Made by a program: the position numbers and the translations under genes. Shown in pieces: positions 16,227 to 24,610 of a stretch of DNA of 64,000 nt. Under the pieces are notes generated by a model. It was given only the letters and a program-made list of their open reading frames with translations. It made no database searches and was not told the DNA's origin. The stretch's first letter is position 1; each line of letters starts with the position of its first letter. Source of the stretch: an uncultured Clostridia bacterium. Lineage in GTDB: Bacteria > Bacillota > Clostridia > TANB77 > CAG-508. The stretch is taken from assembly GCA_944392605.1 (NCBI GenBank), contig CALXXE010000005.1:7289-71288 (forward strand). Reading direction: 5' to 3'.

Positions 16227-17444
16227 ATGGAAAAACAAATATTACACGTGGATGTTAATAATGCCTTTTTAAGTTGGACAGCTGTTGAAATGTTAAAAAA
16301 CGGAGCAGATATTGATATAAGAGAGATTCCAGCAATTATTGGAGGAGACGAAACAAAAAGATCAGGTATAGTTTTAGCTAAAAGTATGAAAGCAAAGGAA
16401 TGTGGAATAAGGACAGCAGATACAATTTACCAAGCAAAGTTAAAATGTCCAGGAATAAAAATATATCCGTCCAACTTTAAAATATATAGAAAATATTCAG
16501 ATAGTTTATTTAAATTATTATCTGAATATACTGATAAGATAGAAAGATTTAGTATAGATGAATGTTTTTTAGATATGACAGATTACTTAATGAAAGATAC
16601 TTTATTAAATAAGGCAAAAGAAATAAATAGAAGAGTAAAAGAAGAATTAGGTTTTACTGTAAATGTTGGAGTGGCTCATAATAAGCTTTTAGCAAAAATG
16701 GCATCTGATTTCACAAAACCAGATAGAGTACATACATTATTTGAAGATGAAATAAAAACTAAGATGTGGTCACTTCCGGTGTCAGAATTATTTATGTTAG
16801 GAAAGAAAACAGTTCCAAAACTTTTTAATATGCAAATAAGAACAATAGGAGATTTAGCGAGAACGAGCAAGGAATTATTACATAAAAAATTTGGAAAACA
16901 TGGAATTTTAATGTGGGAATATGCAAATGGAATAGATAATTCAGAAGTACATTTTGAAAAAGAAAAACCAAAAGGAATAGGAAACTCTATTACACTTCCA
17001 GAAAATATAACAGAAATAGAAAAACTAGAAGAGATAATACTTGCTCTTGCAGAACAAGTATCGTTTAGATTAAGAAAATATGATATGTTAGCAAAAACTG
17101 TTAATGTTCAACTTAGAACAAAAGATTTTGAGGACACATCACATCAAAAAAAATTACCAGAAGCAACTTCTTCAACAAAAGAAATATCAAAAATGGCTAA
17201 AGAGTTATTAAATGAAATGTTTCATAAACCAATGGCTATTAGATTGGTCGGTTTAAGAGTTGATAATTTGGTGGAAAAGGAACAAATGCAACTATCACTT
17301 TTTAGTAATAAAGAAATAGAAAAGCAAGAAAAATTAGATAAAGTGATAGATGACTTGAAAAATAAATATGGCTATAATAAAATAACGAGAGCAGGAAAAA
17401 TGAGCGCAGGAGATTATTTGAATTTAAAAGATATAAAAAAATAA
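16227..17444 (+). CDS. dinB: DNA polymerase IV (Y-family translesion polymerase)
   Basis: ILHVDVNNAFLS, SIDECFLDMT, and VNVGVAHNKLLAKMASDFTKPD are canonical DinB motifs. Confidence 0.9.
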   Translation: MEKQILHVDVNNAFLSWTAVEMLKNGADIDIREIPAIIGGDETKRSGIVLAKSMKAKECGIRTADTIYQAKLKCPGIKIYPSNFKIYRKYSDSLFKLLSEYTDKIERFSIDECFLDMTDYLMKDTLLNKAKEINRRVKEELGFTVNVGVAHNKLLAKMASDFTKPDRVHTLFEDEIKTKMWSLPVSELFMLGKKTVPKLFNMQIRTIGDLARTSKELLHKKFGKHGILMWEYANGIDNSEVHFEKEKPKGIGNSITLPENITEIEKLEEIILALAEQVSFRLRKYDMLAKTVNVQLRTKDFEDTSHQKKLPEATSSTKEISKMAKELLNEMFHKPMAIRLVGLRVDNLVEKEQMQLSLFSNKEIEKQEKLDKVIDDLKNKYGYNKITRAGKMSAGDYLNLKDIKK

Positions 17445-17455
17445 GAGGTAGTTTT

Positions 17456-17986
17456 ATGATAGAAATACAATATGAAGGAAAAAGTATACCCTATACATTA
17501 CAGAGATCAAGGATAAAGAATTTGTATATATATGTAAAGAATGGAGAGGTTATTGTAAAAGCTCCGTTAAGACTTTCAAATAAGTATATAGAGGAATTTT
17601 TAAACAAGAAATCAAAATGGATTTATGAAAATTTAGAAAAGAGTAAAAATAAGGTAAAGAAAGAAAAAGAGGAAAAAATACAAAAGGCAGATGTAGAAAG
17701 ACTTCAAAAAATAGTAGGAGAAAATATTTATAAGTATTCTAAGATATTAGGAAAAAGACCAAAGAAGGTTAGAATAAAAGATTTAAAATATGCTTGGGGG
17801 AGTTGCTCAAGTAATCAAAACATATCTATAAACCTAAAACTCGCAAATAAAGATGAAAAGGCAATTGAATATGTGGTTTTACATGAAATGTGCCATTTAA
17901 TACATATGAATCATTCTAAAAGTTTTTGGGATTTAGTAGAAAAAAACATGCCTAAATACAAAGAATATAAAAAATTACTTGCTTAA
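17456..17986 (+). CDS. YgjP-like metal-dependent hydrolase (DUF45 / M48-like)
   Basis: WGSCSSNQNISINLKL and HEMCHLIHMNHSKSFW (HExxH). Confidence 0.8.
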   Translation: MIEIQYEGKSIPYTLQRSRIKNLYIYVKNGEVIVKAPLRLSNKYIEEFLNKKSKWIYENLEKSKNKVKKEKEEKIQKADVERLQKIVGENIYKYSKILGKRPKKVRIKDLKYAWGSCSSNQNISINLKLANKDEKAIEYVVLHEMCHLIHMNHSKSFWDLVEKNMPKYKEYKKLLA

Positions 17987-18039
17987 GGACTTAAGTTCGT
18001 TTATAATAAAAGAAAATTTAAGATTTAGGAGAATTTATA

Positions 18040-18957
18040 ATGTGGAAAAGAAAAGACCTAAAAAACAAGGCAAGAAAGGTAGTTAAAAAGAACTATTGGA
18101 CAGCACTAGTTGTATGTTTTTTATTAGCTTTGTTTACAAGTGAATTTGGGACTTCTATTATAGGAATATGGCAAGGTGGAGATAGTATTGACCCAAATTA
18201 CGTTGTTAAACAAGAAAATATAGTAGAAAATAATGATATGGCTGAAGAAAAGCTAGACAAAATAGAAGAACAAGAAGCAAAGCTAGAAGAGAAAAAATCT
18301 CTACTTGGTGAAGTTGAACTTAGAATATTAAGGTTAATAGAATTAAATGTAAATAATTTAATAAAATCAGAGAAATATATTTTTAGGGTTTGGGATGCAA
18401 TAGAATTATTTGGAATAAAAGAAACAGGATTAGGAGTAGGAATCATTTTAATAGCTATTATTGCATTAGCATATATTATAATGATTGCAGAGCCTTTAAA
18501 AGTAGCAGGAAAAAAATATTTCTTAGGAGCAAGAGAAGACGAGAATACTAAAATGGGAGTAATGAAAGAAATATTTAAAAAAGGTAATTGGAAAAATGTT
18601 ACTATAACTATGCTTATAAAAAATATTTATAATCTATTATGGTTCTTAACAATTATAGGAGGAGTTATAAAATTTTATGAATATAGAATGATACCATATA
18701 TATTAGCAGACAATCCTAAAATAAGTAGAAAAGAAGCATTTCACCTTTCAAAAGAAATGATGAGACATAATAAGTGGAGAACTTTTATTTTGGATCTTAC
18801 ATTCATTTTATGGAATATATTATCTTTAGCAACTTTTGGCTTCTTAAATATTTTATATGTAAATCCATACCAAGCAGCAACTTCAACAGAGTTATATGTT
18901 ACGTTAAAAAATAAAGACATAGAGGAAATAGAAGACAATAAAAAAGTTAATAAATAG
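18040..18957 (+). CDS. DUF975-like integral membrane protein
   Basis: N-terminal RKDLKNKARKVVKKNYWTALVVCFL and several TM helices; terminator at about 18963-18996. Confidence 0.65.
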   Translation: MWKRKDLKNKARKVVKKNYWTALVVCFLLALFTSEFGTSIIGIWQGGDSIDPNYVVKQENIVENNDMAEEKLDKIEEQEAKLEEKKSLLGEVELRILRLIELNVNNLIKSEKYIFRVWDAIELFGIKETGLGVGIILIAIIALAYIIMIAEPLKVAGKKYFLGAREDENTKMGVMKEIFKKGNWKNVTITMLIKNIYNLLWFLTIIGGVIKFYEYRMIPYILADNPKISRKEAFHLSKEMMRHNKWRTFILDLTFILWNILSLATFGFLNILYVNPYQAATSTELYVTLKNKDIEEIEDNKKVNK

Positions 18958-19182
18958 TAAAAGAAAGTAGTAGTAATGTAGAAATTACTACTATTTTTGA
19001 CTAATAGATTTTTTTAGAATAATAAATATTAAAAAGAATAAATTTGTAATTAATTATATTATAACATTTTTTCTACGCAAAAATACTCGAAACTTGTAGA
19101 AACTTGCGATGAAAAGTTCTTGCAAACTAGCCTTTTTAATAGTATTATAAAAAGGTGTGATACAAAAGAGGAGGGGATAAGT

Positions 19183-19506
19183 TTGAATATTTTCTTCGGA
19201 GGTACTTTTATAAAAAAAGAAGAACTTCAAGAAGCGGGGATTGAACATCCAATAAAATTAGAATATTATAAGATAATTAATGAAGATGAATTTATAAAAA
19301 ATAGTAATGCAAAATATGGAATTAAAGTTGTTAAAACAGAATATTTAAATAATGATGCAAAAGTAGAAGATGAAACAATAAAACATTTATCAAATAGTGA
19401 ACAAAGGATTGATGAAATATTAAATATTTTAAAACAAAATGAGGTAACACCTATTACAACAAAAGATGTTATTTCAGATGTATCAAAAAATACTTTTTAT
19501 TTATAA
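19183..19506 (+). CDS. Hypothetical protein upstream of topA
   Basis: TTG at 19183 is 6 nt after agaggagggg. The sequence has coding-like composition. No family was recognised with confidence. Confidence 0.4.
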   Translation: MNIFFGGTFIKKEELQEAGIEHPIKLEYYKIINEDEFIKNSNAKYGIKVVKTEYLNNDAKVEDETIKHLSNSEQRIDEILNILKQNEVTPITTKDVISDVSKNTFYL

Positions 19507-19609
19507 CAAAACAAAAATTCTAATAAAAAGCTTGCAAAATGCTAAAAATTAAGCTAAAATAACTTATGATAAAAAATAGGCAAAAAAGGAAAATAATAAG
19601 GAGGCATAT

Positions 19610-21640
19610 ATGGCTGATAAATTAATAATAGTAGAATCACCAGCTAAAGCCAATACTATAAAAAAGTTTCTAGGAGGCAGTACAAAGGTAGTAGCATCAA
19701 TGGGACATGTAAGAGACTTACCAAAATCAAAATTAGGTGTTGATATTGAACATGATTTTGAACCAGAATATATAAATATTAGAGGAAAAGGAGATTTAAT
19801 AAAATCTTTAAAGAAGGAAGCAAAAAGTGCAAAGAAAATCTATCTTGCAACTGACCCTGATCGTGAAGGAGAAGCAATAGCTTGGCATTTAGCAACTATA
19901 TTAAATGATGATAAAGATAAAATAGTAAGAGTAACTTTTAATGAGATAACAAAAGGAGCAGTAAAAAAAGCAATCAAAGAACCAAGAAGTATAGATATAA
20001 ACTTGGTAGATGCACAACAAGCAAGACGTGTCTTAGATAGAATTGTTGGTTATAAAATAAGTCCTCTTTTATGGAAAAAAGTAAGAAGAGGATTATCAGC
20101 TGGACGTGTACAGTCAGTTGCTGTTAAATTAATAGTAGATAGAGAAGAAGAAATAGAAAAATTCATACCAGAAGAATATTGGAACATATTTGTTGATTTA
20201 GAAGATGAAAAGTCTAAGAAACAATTTGAAGCAAAATTTTATGGAAAAGATGGCAAAAAACAAGAAATAAATAACAAAGAAGAAGCAGATGAAATCTTAA
20301 AGAATATAGATAAAGCAAAATATGTAGTACAAGAAGTAAAGAAAGGTGAGAAGAAAAGAAATGCAGCACCACCTTTTACAACAAGTACTATGCAACAAGA
20401 AGCATCTAGAAAATTAGGATTTACTTTAAAGAAAACAATGTCAGTTGCTCAAATGCTATATGAAGGAATAAAAATAGACACTAGAGGAACAGTTGGTTTA
20501 ATTACTTATATGAGAACAGATTCAACAAGAATTTCAGAAGAAGCAAGAAAAGCTGCTAAAGAACATATAGTATCTACTTATGGAGAGGAATATTATGAAA
20601 ATAGATATTATAAAACAAGCAAAGATTCTCAAGATGCTCATGAGGCAATAAGACCAACATATGCAGAATTGGAGCCAGATAGTATAAAAGACTCATTAAC
20701 AAAAGATCAATATAAATTATACAAATTGATTTATAATAGATTTATGGCAAGTCAAATGGCGTCTGCTATATATAATACTATGGCGGTTACTATAGATGCA
20801 AATAGTTATATATTTAAAGCTAATGGACAAAGTTTAAAATTTAAAGGTTTTATGACATTATACGTTGAAGGCGAAGAATCTAAAGAGGAAGAAAAAGGAA
20901 TGCTTCCAGATTTAGAGGAAAATCAAGAAGTAAAGAAGATTAAAATTAATCCAAAACAAAGCTTTACAGAACCACCTCCAAGATACACAGAAGCAAGTTT
21001 AGTAAAGGCCCTAGAAGAAAAAGGAATAGGTAGACCAAGTACATATTCACCAACTATAACAACTATTTTGGAAAGACATTATATTGAAAAAGAACAAAAA
21101 CAATTAGTTCCAACAGAATTAGGAAAAGTGGTTAATAAATTATTAATAGAAAATTTTACAGATATAATTAACGTTGAATTTACAGCGAAAATAGAAAATG
21201 AGTTTGATGAAATTGCAGAAGGTAAAGAACCATGGAAGAAAATGATAAGAGAGTTCTATGGACCTTTTAAGAAGGAATTAGACAAAGTAGAAAAAAACTT
21301 AGAACATGTTGAAATAGAAGAAGAGGTGTCAGATATTCCTTGTGAGAAATGTGGTAGGATGATGGTTTATAAATATGGTAGATATGGTAAGTTCTTAGCT
21401 TGCCCTGGATATCCAGAATGTAAAAATACTAAACCAATTATAGAATATGTTGATGTACCATGTCCTAAATGTGGAGGAAAAGTACAAATAAGAAAAACTA
21501 AAAGAAAAAGAAATTATTATATTTGTGAAAACAATCCAAAAAGTTGTGATTATATTTCTTGGAATAAGCCTAAACCAGGAGAAAAATGGGATGCTAAAGA
21601 AGCAGAGAGTATAAAAAAAGAAACTAAAAATACACCATAA
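19610..21640 (+). CDS. topA: DNA topoisomerase I
   Basis: TOPRIM motifs LIIVESPAKA and ATDPDREGEAIAWH, active-site region GLITYMRTDST, and C-terminal Cys4 zinc ribbons (CEKCG..CPGYPEC, CPKCGG..C). Confidence 0.95.
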   Translation: MADKLIIVESPAKANTIKKFLGGSTKVVASMGHVRDLPKSKLGVDIEHDFEPEYINIRGKGDLIKSLKKEAKSAKKIYLATDPDREGEAIAWHLATILNDDKDKIVRVTFNEITKGAVKKAIKEPRSIDINLVDAQQARRVLDRIVGYKISPLLWKKVRRGLSAGRVQSVAVKLIVDREEEIEKFIPEEYWNIFVDLEDEKSKKQFEAKFYGKDGKKQEINNKEEADEILKNIDKAKYVVQEVKKGEKKRNAAPPFTTSTMQQEASRKLGFTLKKTMSVAQMLYEGIKIDTRGTVGLITYMRTDSTRISEEARKAAKEHIVSTYGEEYYENRYYKTSKDSQDAHEAIRPTYAELEPDSIKDSLTKDQYKLYKLIYNRFMASQMASAIYNTMAVTIDANSYIFKANGQSLKFKGFMTLYVEGEESKEEEKGMLPDLEENQEVKKIKINPKQSFTEPPPRYTEASLVKALEEKGIGRPSTYSPTITTILERHYIEKEQKQLVPTELGKVVNKLLIENFTDIINVEFTAKIENEFDEIAEGKEPWKKMIREFYGPFKKELDKVEKNLEHVEIEEEVSDIPCEKCGRMMVYKYGRYGKFLACPGYPECKNTKPIIEYVDVPCPKCGGKVQIRKTKRKRNYYICENNPKSCDYISWNKPKPGEKWDAKEAESIKKETKNTP

Positions 21641-21712
21641 CACTTGACAATATGGTGTATTTTTGGTATCATTTTAAAAGTCTTTGCATAATATATAAAG
21701 ACTAAAGAAAAT

Positions 21713-21786
21713 GCAGGTATAGTTTAATGGTAAAATAAAACCTTGCCAAGGTTTAGTTGCGGGTTCAATTCCCACTACCTGCTCCA
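21713..21786 (+). tRNA. tRNA-Gly (anticodon GCC)
   Basis: Hand-folded cloverleaf: acceptor gcaggta/tacctgc, anticodon stem aaacc/ggttt, loop ttGCCaa, T-loop ttcaatt, encoded CCA. There is one C-A mismatch in the T stem. Confidence 0.8.
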
Positions 21787-21789
21787 TAT

Positions 21790-21863
21790 GGCGAGTTAGC
21801 CAAGCGGTAAGGCACGAGTCTGCAAAACTCTGATGGTGGGTTCGACTCCCACACTCGCCTCCA
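21790..21863 (+). tRNA. tRNA-Cys (anticodon GCA)
   Basis: Acceptor ggcgagt/actcgcc, anticodon loop ctGCAaa, T arm gtggg ttcgact cccac, encoded CCA. Confidence 0.85.
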
Positions 21864-21870
21864 TCTAAAA

Positions 21871-21912
21871 AATCTTGTAACTAGTTAAAATACTAAGTTA
21901 CAAGATTTTTTT
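21871..21912 (+). terminator. Rho-independent terminator after the tRNA pair
   Basis: 12-bp stem aatcttgtaact / agttacaagatt followed by a T7 run. Confidence 0.8.
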
Positions 21913-21974
21913 GAAGATTAATACAATTTTAATGATATTAAATAATATTTATAAATAAAATTTTACATGTTCGC

Positions 21975-22003
21975 TTGTTTTTTATTTAAAAATGTTGTAT
22001 AGT
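21975..22003 (+). promoter_or_regulatory. Candidate promoter of the small hydrophobic-peptide gene (TTGTTT-17-TATAGT)
   Basis: Read directly; about 60 nt upstream of the peptide ATG. Confidence 0.35.
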
Positions 22004-22064
22004 GTAAAATATAGGAAATGAGAATAAGCAGATGTGGTTTGCCTCCAACAAGGAGGTGAGGCGT

Positions 22065-22184
22065 ATGGTAGAAATAAAAGCATTATTATTAATAATAAAA
22101 TTACTTTTTGCTGGTCTTGTATCAGTAACTATCATTACGTTTGCCTTAGTTATAGCATTAGTTGTAATTATTAGCAAACAATAA
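22065..22184 (+). CDS. Candidate type I toxin: 39-aa hydrophobic peptide MVEIKALLLIIKLLFAGLVSVTIITFALVIALVVIISKQ
   Basis: Untracked ORF with strong RBS aaggaggtg 7 nt upstream. It has a single TM helix and a polar tail. The SD can be sequestered by the upstream gcctcc (22041-22046 pairs with 22052-57). A convergent antisense promoter lies downstream. Confidence 0.5.
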   Translation: MVEIKALLLIIKLLFAGLVSVTIITFALVIALVVIISKQ

Positions 22185-22191
22185 AACCAAT

Positions 22192-22280
22192 AAAAAAAAC
22201 ACATCTGTGAAAACTTTGGCGAGTTTGATGTGTTTTTACATATATAATTCGGCAAACCACTTTGTGGTTTCTTGTTTCCT
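22192..22280 (-). ncRNA. Candidate antisense (antitoxin-like) sRNA, about 90 nt
   Basis: Minus-strand promoter TTGACT (22315-22310), 17-nt spacer, TATAAT (22292-22287). 5-prime hairpin gaaaccac/gtggtttg. Terminator aaaaacacatc..gatgtgttttt plus a T-run is shared with, and complementary to, the 3-prime end of the peptide mRNA. Confidence 0.4.
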
Positions 22281-22344
22281 ATAATTATTATACACAGATT
22301 TTTAGAAAAAGTCAAATAATTTTCAAAATAAAATCAAATGTGTT
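22261..22344. repeat. 84-nt promoter-module repeat, copy 1
   Basis: Aligns by hand to 23543-23626 at roughly 75 % identity with two compensating 1-nt gaps. Shared blocks are tttgtggtt, tttcct, aaaagtcaaat and ataaaatcaaa.gtgtt. Confidence 0.7.
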
Positions 22345-22580
22345 AAAAATGTGTTAAAATTAAAAAAACTAATACTTGAAAGCCAGTATATGAGCAAGTT
22401 AGGAGAATTAGTCTATACGACTGTCGCCGCCACTGATAATCAGGAAATAATTATTTAAATATTCCTGATTTTTTTATACTCAATAATGCAAACGTTTTTT
22501 TGTATTATTCTTAAAACTTGTGGTAATATATGTTAAAATTATGCACAATAAATTAGAAAATTTAATATAGGAGAAATAGA

Positions 22581-23279
22581 ATGGAAGAAAACAATGAAGA
22601 GAAAAAGAATCAAGAACAAAAAAATGAAGCAATGATACATAAAGATAATTCTTTAAATAGATTAGATTTGTCATTTATAAAACATATTGATTTAAAAGAA
22701 TATAAATTATGTAATTTGTTAGCTTATTGGATTTATGATTTCGCTAATTATCATGATCAGGAAAGAGAATTTGATACAACTAAAATGATTACTTTTAAGC
22801 GTGGAAATATTATAAAGGCAAATTTAGGATTTAATGTTGGACATGAATTAGGTGGATTACATTATTGTATTGTTTTAGATAAAATTGATAATCCTAAAAA
22901 TGGAACTTTAAATGTAATACCATTAACTTCAAAGAAAAATAAAAAATATCCAAAATCTGCAATAGACTTAGGAAATGAAATTTTTGATACATTAAATGCT
23001 TTATATTCAAAAGAAATTAAAAAATTGTCTAATAAATATCAAGATATATGGAGTCTTCCGGCTGAAAGAGTAGAACAGTTTACATCTGATTTTGAATATG
23101 TAAAAAAGATAAAAGATGAAATATCAAAAATGAAAATAGGAAGTGTTGCTCTTATAAATCAAATAACCACAATAAGCAAACAGCGAATATTTGATGATGA
23201 TATTCTAAGAAGAGTTCGCTTATCTAAAGATAGTCTAGATTTATTAGATAAGAATATTATAAAATATTTTACAAAATAA
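22581..23279 (+). CDS. Oversized PemK/MazF-like toxin-fold protein (232 aa) with an N-terminal extension and an internal insertion
   Basis: FKRGNIIKANLGFNVGHELGGLHYCIVLDK..LNVIPLTSKK and the C-terminal GSVALINQITTISKQRI parallel the MazF blocks GD.....F....G.E..G.RP.LV.. / ..V.PLTS / S.....QIRTIDK.RL. No MazE-like ORF lies upstream. Confidence 0.55.
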   Translation: MEENNEEKKNQEQKNEAMIHKDNSLNRLDLSFIKHIDLKEYKLCNLLAYWIYDFANYHDQEREFDTTKMITFKRGNIIKANLGFNVGHELGGLHYCIVLDKIDNPKNGTLNVIPLTSKKNKKYPKSAIDLGNEIFDTLNALYSKEIKKLSNKYQDIWSLPAERVEQFTSDFEYVKKIKDEISKMKIGSVALINQITTISKQRIFDDDILRRVRLSKDSLDLLDKNIIKYFTK

Positions 23280-23485
23280 TAGGAGAACTGCTATGAGTTC
23301 TCCAAAGTCTTCTGACGCCCGACTACACTAATGTAGTGGGAAAGTTAAATAAATTATAACATTAATTATTTAACTTGTCAAATTGTATTGACATTAATAA
23401 TATATGCAAACAATCAAATTTTTATACATATTATTTTAAATATTGGAGTTACAATTTTTAAATATAGGTGAAAAATATAAGTAAT

Positions 23486-23563
23486 AAAAAATAACCATTC
23501 TGCTTTGTACGGTCGAATGGTTATTATTCTTCACGCAACTAATTTGTGGTTATTTTATTTCCT
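23486..23563 (-). ncRNA. Second candidate sRNA driven by promoter-module copy 2 (about 78 nt)
   Basis: Minus-strand TTGACT (23598-23593), 17-nt spacer, TATGAT (23575-23570). Terminator ataaccattc/gaatggttat plus a T-run on the minus strand. No partner peptide ORF was found opposite it. Confidence 0.3.
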
Positions 23564-23626
23564 GCATTTATCATACTTAGGTTTTGGGTAAAAGTCAAAT
23601 GATTCGATAATAAAATCAAAGGTGTT
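23543..23626. repeat. 84-nt promoter-module repeat, copy 2
   Basis: See copy 1. Same orientation, on the other side of the PemK-like gene. Confidence 0.7.
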
Positions 23627-23760
23627 TAATTAAATAAATTAATATTTATAATAAGGTGTCTTTTTCTAAGTATTTGATAAAAGGTGAAAAATATGATAAA
23701 ATAAAGAGTGAAGCAATTTGCTATTAGCAGCAGATCCGAAATACGCGAAAGGAGCGCACT

Positions 23761-24561
23761 ATGATTATCCGGAGAAACGTTGTGGTGTCAGAAGATGATA
23801 ATCGCTATTCCAAGAAGTTCGTGAATCCAGTAATTCCTGATGGGTATCGGCATGTGACTGGTACTGACTGGAAGACTGGTTTCCAAATTGAAAGGATTAC
23901 AGACGGAAGTTTGTTTGAGTTCGTGCCTGTGGGATGCTTGAAGAGTAATGGAACTCTGGATGGAACAAACTTCAATGAGAAGTTTGGAAGAAGGAGGTTC
24001 TATCCGGACAATTCAGATGAACTTGGCGAGGAGCCAATACATGGAACTATGAACCTTCTTTGGAATCAACTCCAAAGTGTCAGAGAGTATGGAGGCTTTT
24101 ATGTAAGCTGTGCAATTTCAAGGTCTAAGGCCTTGAAGCCGATTTCCATTCCAGGTAGGCAGCCTTGGACAATGGTCGATTTTGACCATGCAATGTACTT
24201 GGCAAGAAACTTTGAGCCCAAGAAGGACTTTAGCAGTCATCTTCTTTTCGGTGCAGAGTATGACTCTATTCTTGAATGGCTCATCGAATCAGGCAAGATG
24301 ACGTCTCAAGAGGTCACAGAGCAATGCGATTGCATAAGCTATGGAAGAATCTATGATGGCAACATTATGGGTTTTGGGACTATAGCTGAGTGGACGCAGG
24401 AAAAGGCTATAAAAGGAACAAAGGCAAAGCCTGCAGTTCGAGGAACTACGCTAAAGATGGATGGTACTACGAATCCTCTAGCGTGGAGACAGGAAACTCA
24501 GAAGTACATAAAGAGACCTTATATAGGTTTCCGAGTGGCTCTCTTCATCCCCATAGTTTGA
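23761..24561 (+). CDS. FGE-sulfatase (SUMF1/EgtB/PvdO)-like domain protein, compositionally foreign
   Basis: PWTMVDFDHAMYLARNF, LLFGAEYDSILEWL, GNIMGFGTIAEWTQE and the terminal PYIGFRVAL follow the FGE-sulfatase pattern (W..V.W..A..Y, LPTE.EWE, GNV.EW, .GFR.). RBS aaaggag. G+C is 24/60 and 29/60 in the first two 60-nt blocks, against 18/60 in neighbouring genes. Confidence 0.55.
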   Translation: MIIRRNVVVSEDDNRYSKKFVNPVIPDGYRHVTGTDWKTGFQIERITDGSLFEFVPVGCLKSNGTLDGTNFNEKFGRRRFYPDNSDELGEEPIHGTMNLLWNQLQSVREYGGFYVSCAISRSKALKPISIPGRQPWTMVDFDHAMYLARNFEPKKDFSSHLLFGAEYDSILEWLIESGKMTSQEVTEQCDCISYGRIYDGNIMGFGTIAEWTQEKAIKGTKAKPAVRGTTLKMDGTTNPLAWRQETQKYIKRPYIGFRVALFIPIV

Positions 24562-24572
24562 TGCCACAAATT

Positions 24573-24610
24573 AAGCCCCTGGTGTACCAGGGGCTTTGCT
24601 ATTTTATTTA
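24573..24610. terminator. GC-rich hairpin terminator between convergent genes
   Basis: aagcccctggt / accaggggctt (11 bp) followed by a T-rich tract. Confidence 0.75.

Noticed and set aside
19104-19118. 15-mer ttgcgatgaaaagtt shared with 57542-57556 (both intergenic, plus strand).
   Set aside because: It is an exact repeat, but it contains the very common start context atgaaaagtt (also at 284). In DNA this AT-rich, I cannot judge its significance without a genome-wide count. No palindrome or known operator pattern was recognised.
21986-22315. 109-aa minus-strand ORF spanning the candidate toxin/antisense locus.
   Set aside because: It has no RBS and crosses a bidirectional terminator and two promoters. 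Its translation is low-complexity. The small plus-strand peptide with a strong SD, together with the short antisense RNA, explains the region better.
22336-22357. Tandem 11-mer aaatgtgttaa x2, considered as a possible CRISPR or iteron array.
   Set aside because: There are only two units with no spacers, lying just upstream of the antisense promoter. It is better explained as an operator-like duplication, and it is noted under the promoter-module finding. No CRISPR array is present anywhere in the window.
21790-24610. Classical tRNA-integrated element (integrase plus a direct repeat of the tRNA-Cys 3-prime end).
   Set aside because: No integrase or recombinase ORF exists in the region. I found no convincing copy of ggttcgactcccacactcgcc downstream; the GC-rich stretch at 22420-22435 does not align. 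The region is therefore reported only as a variable region.
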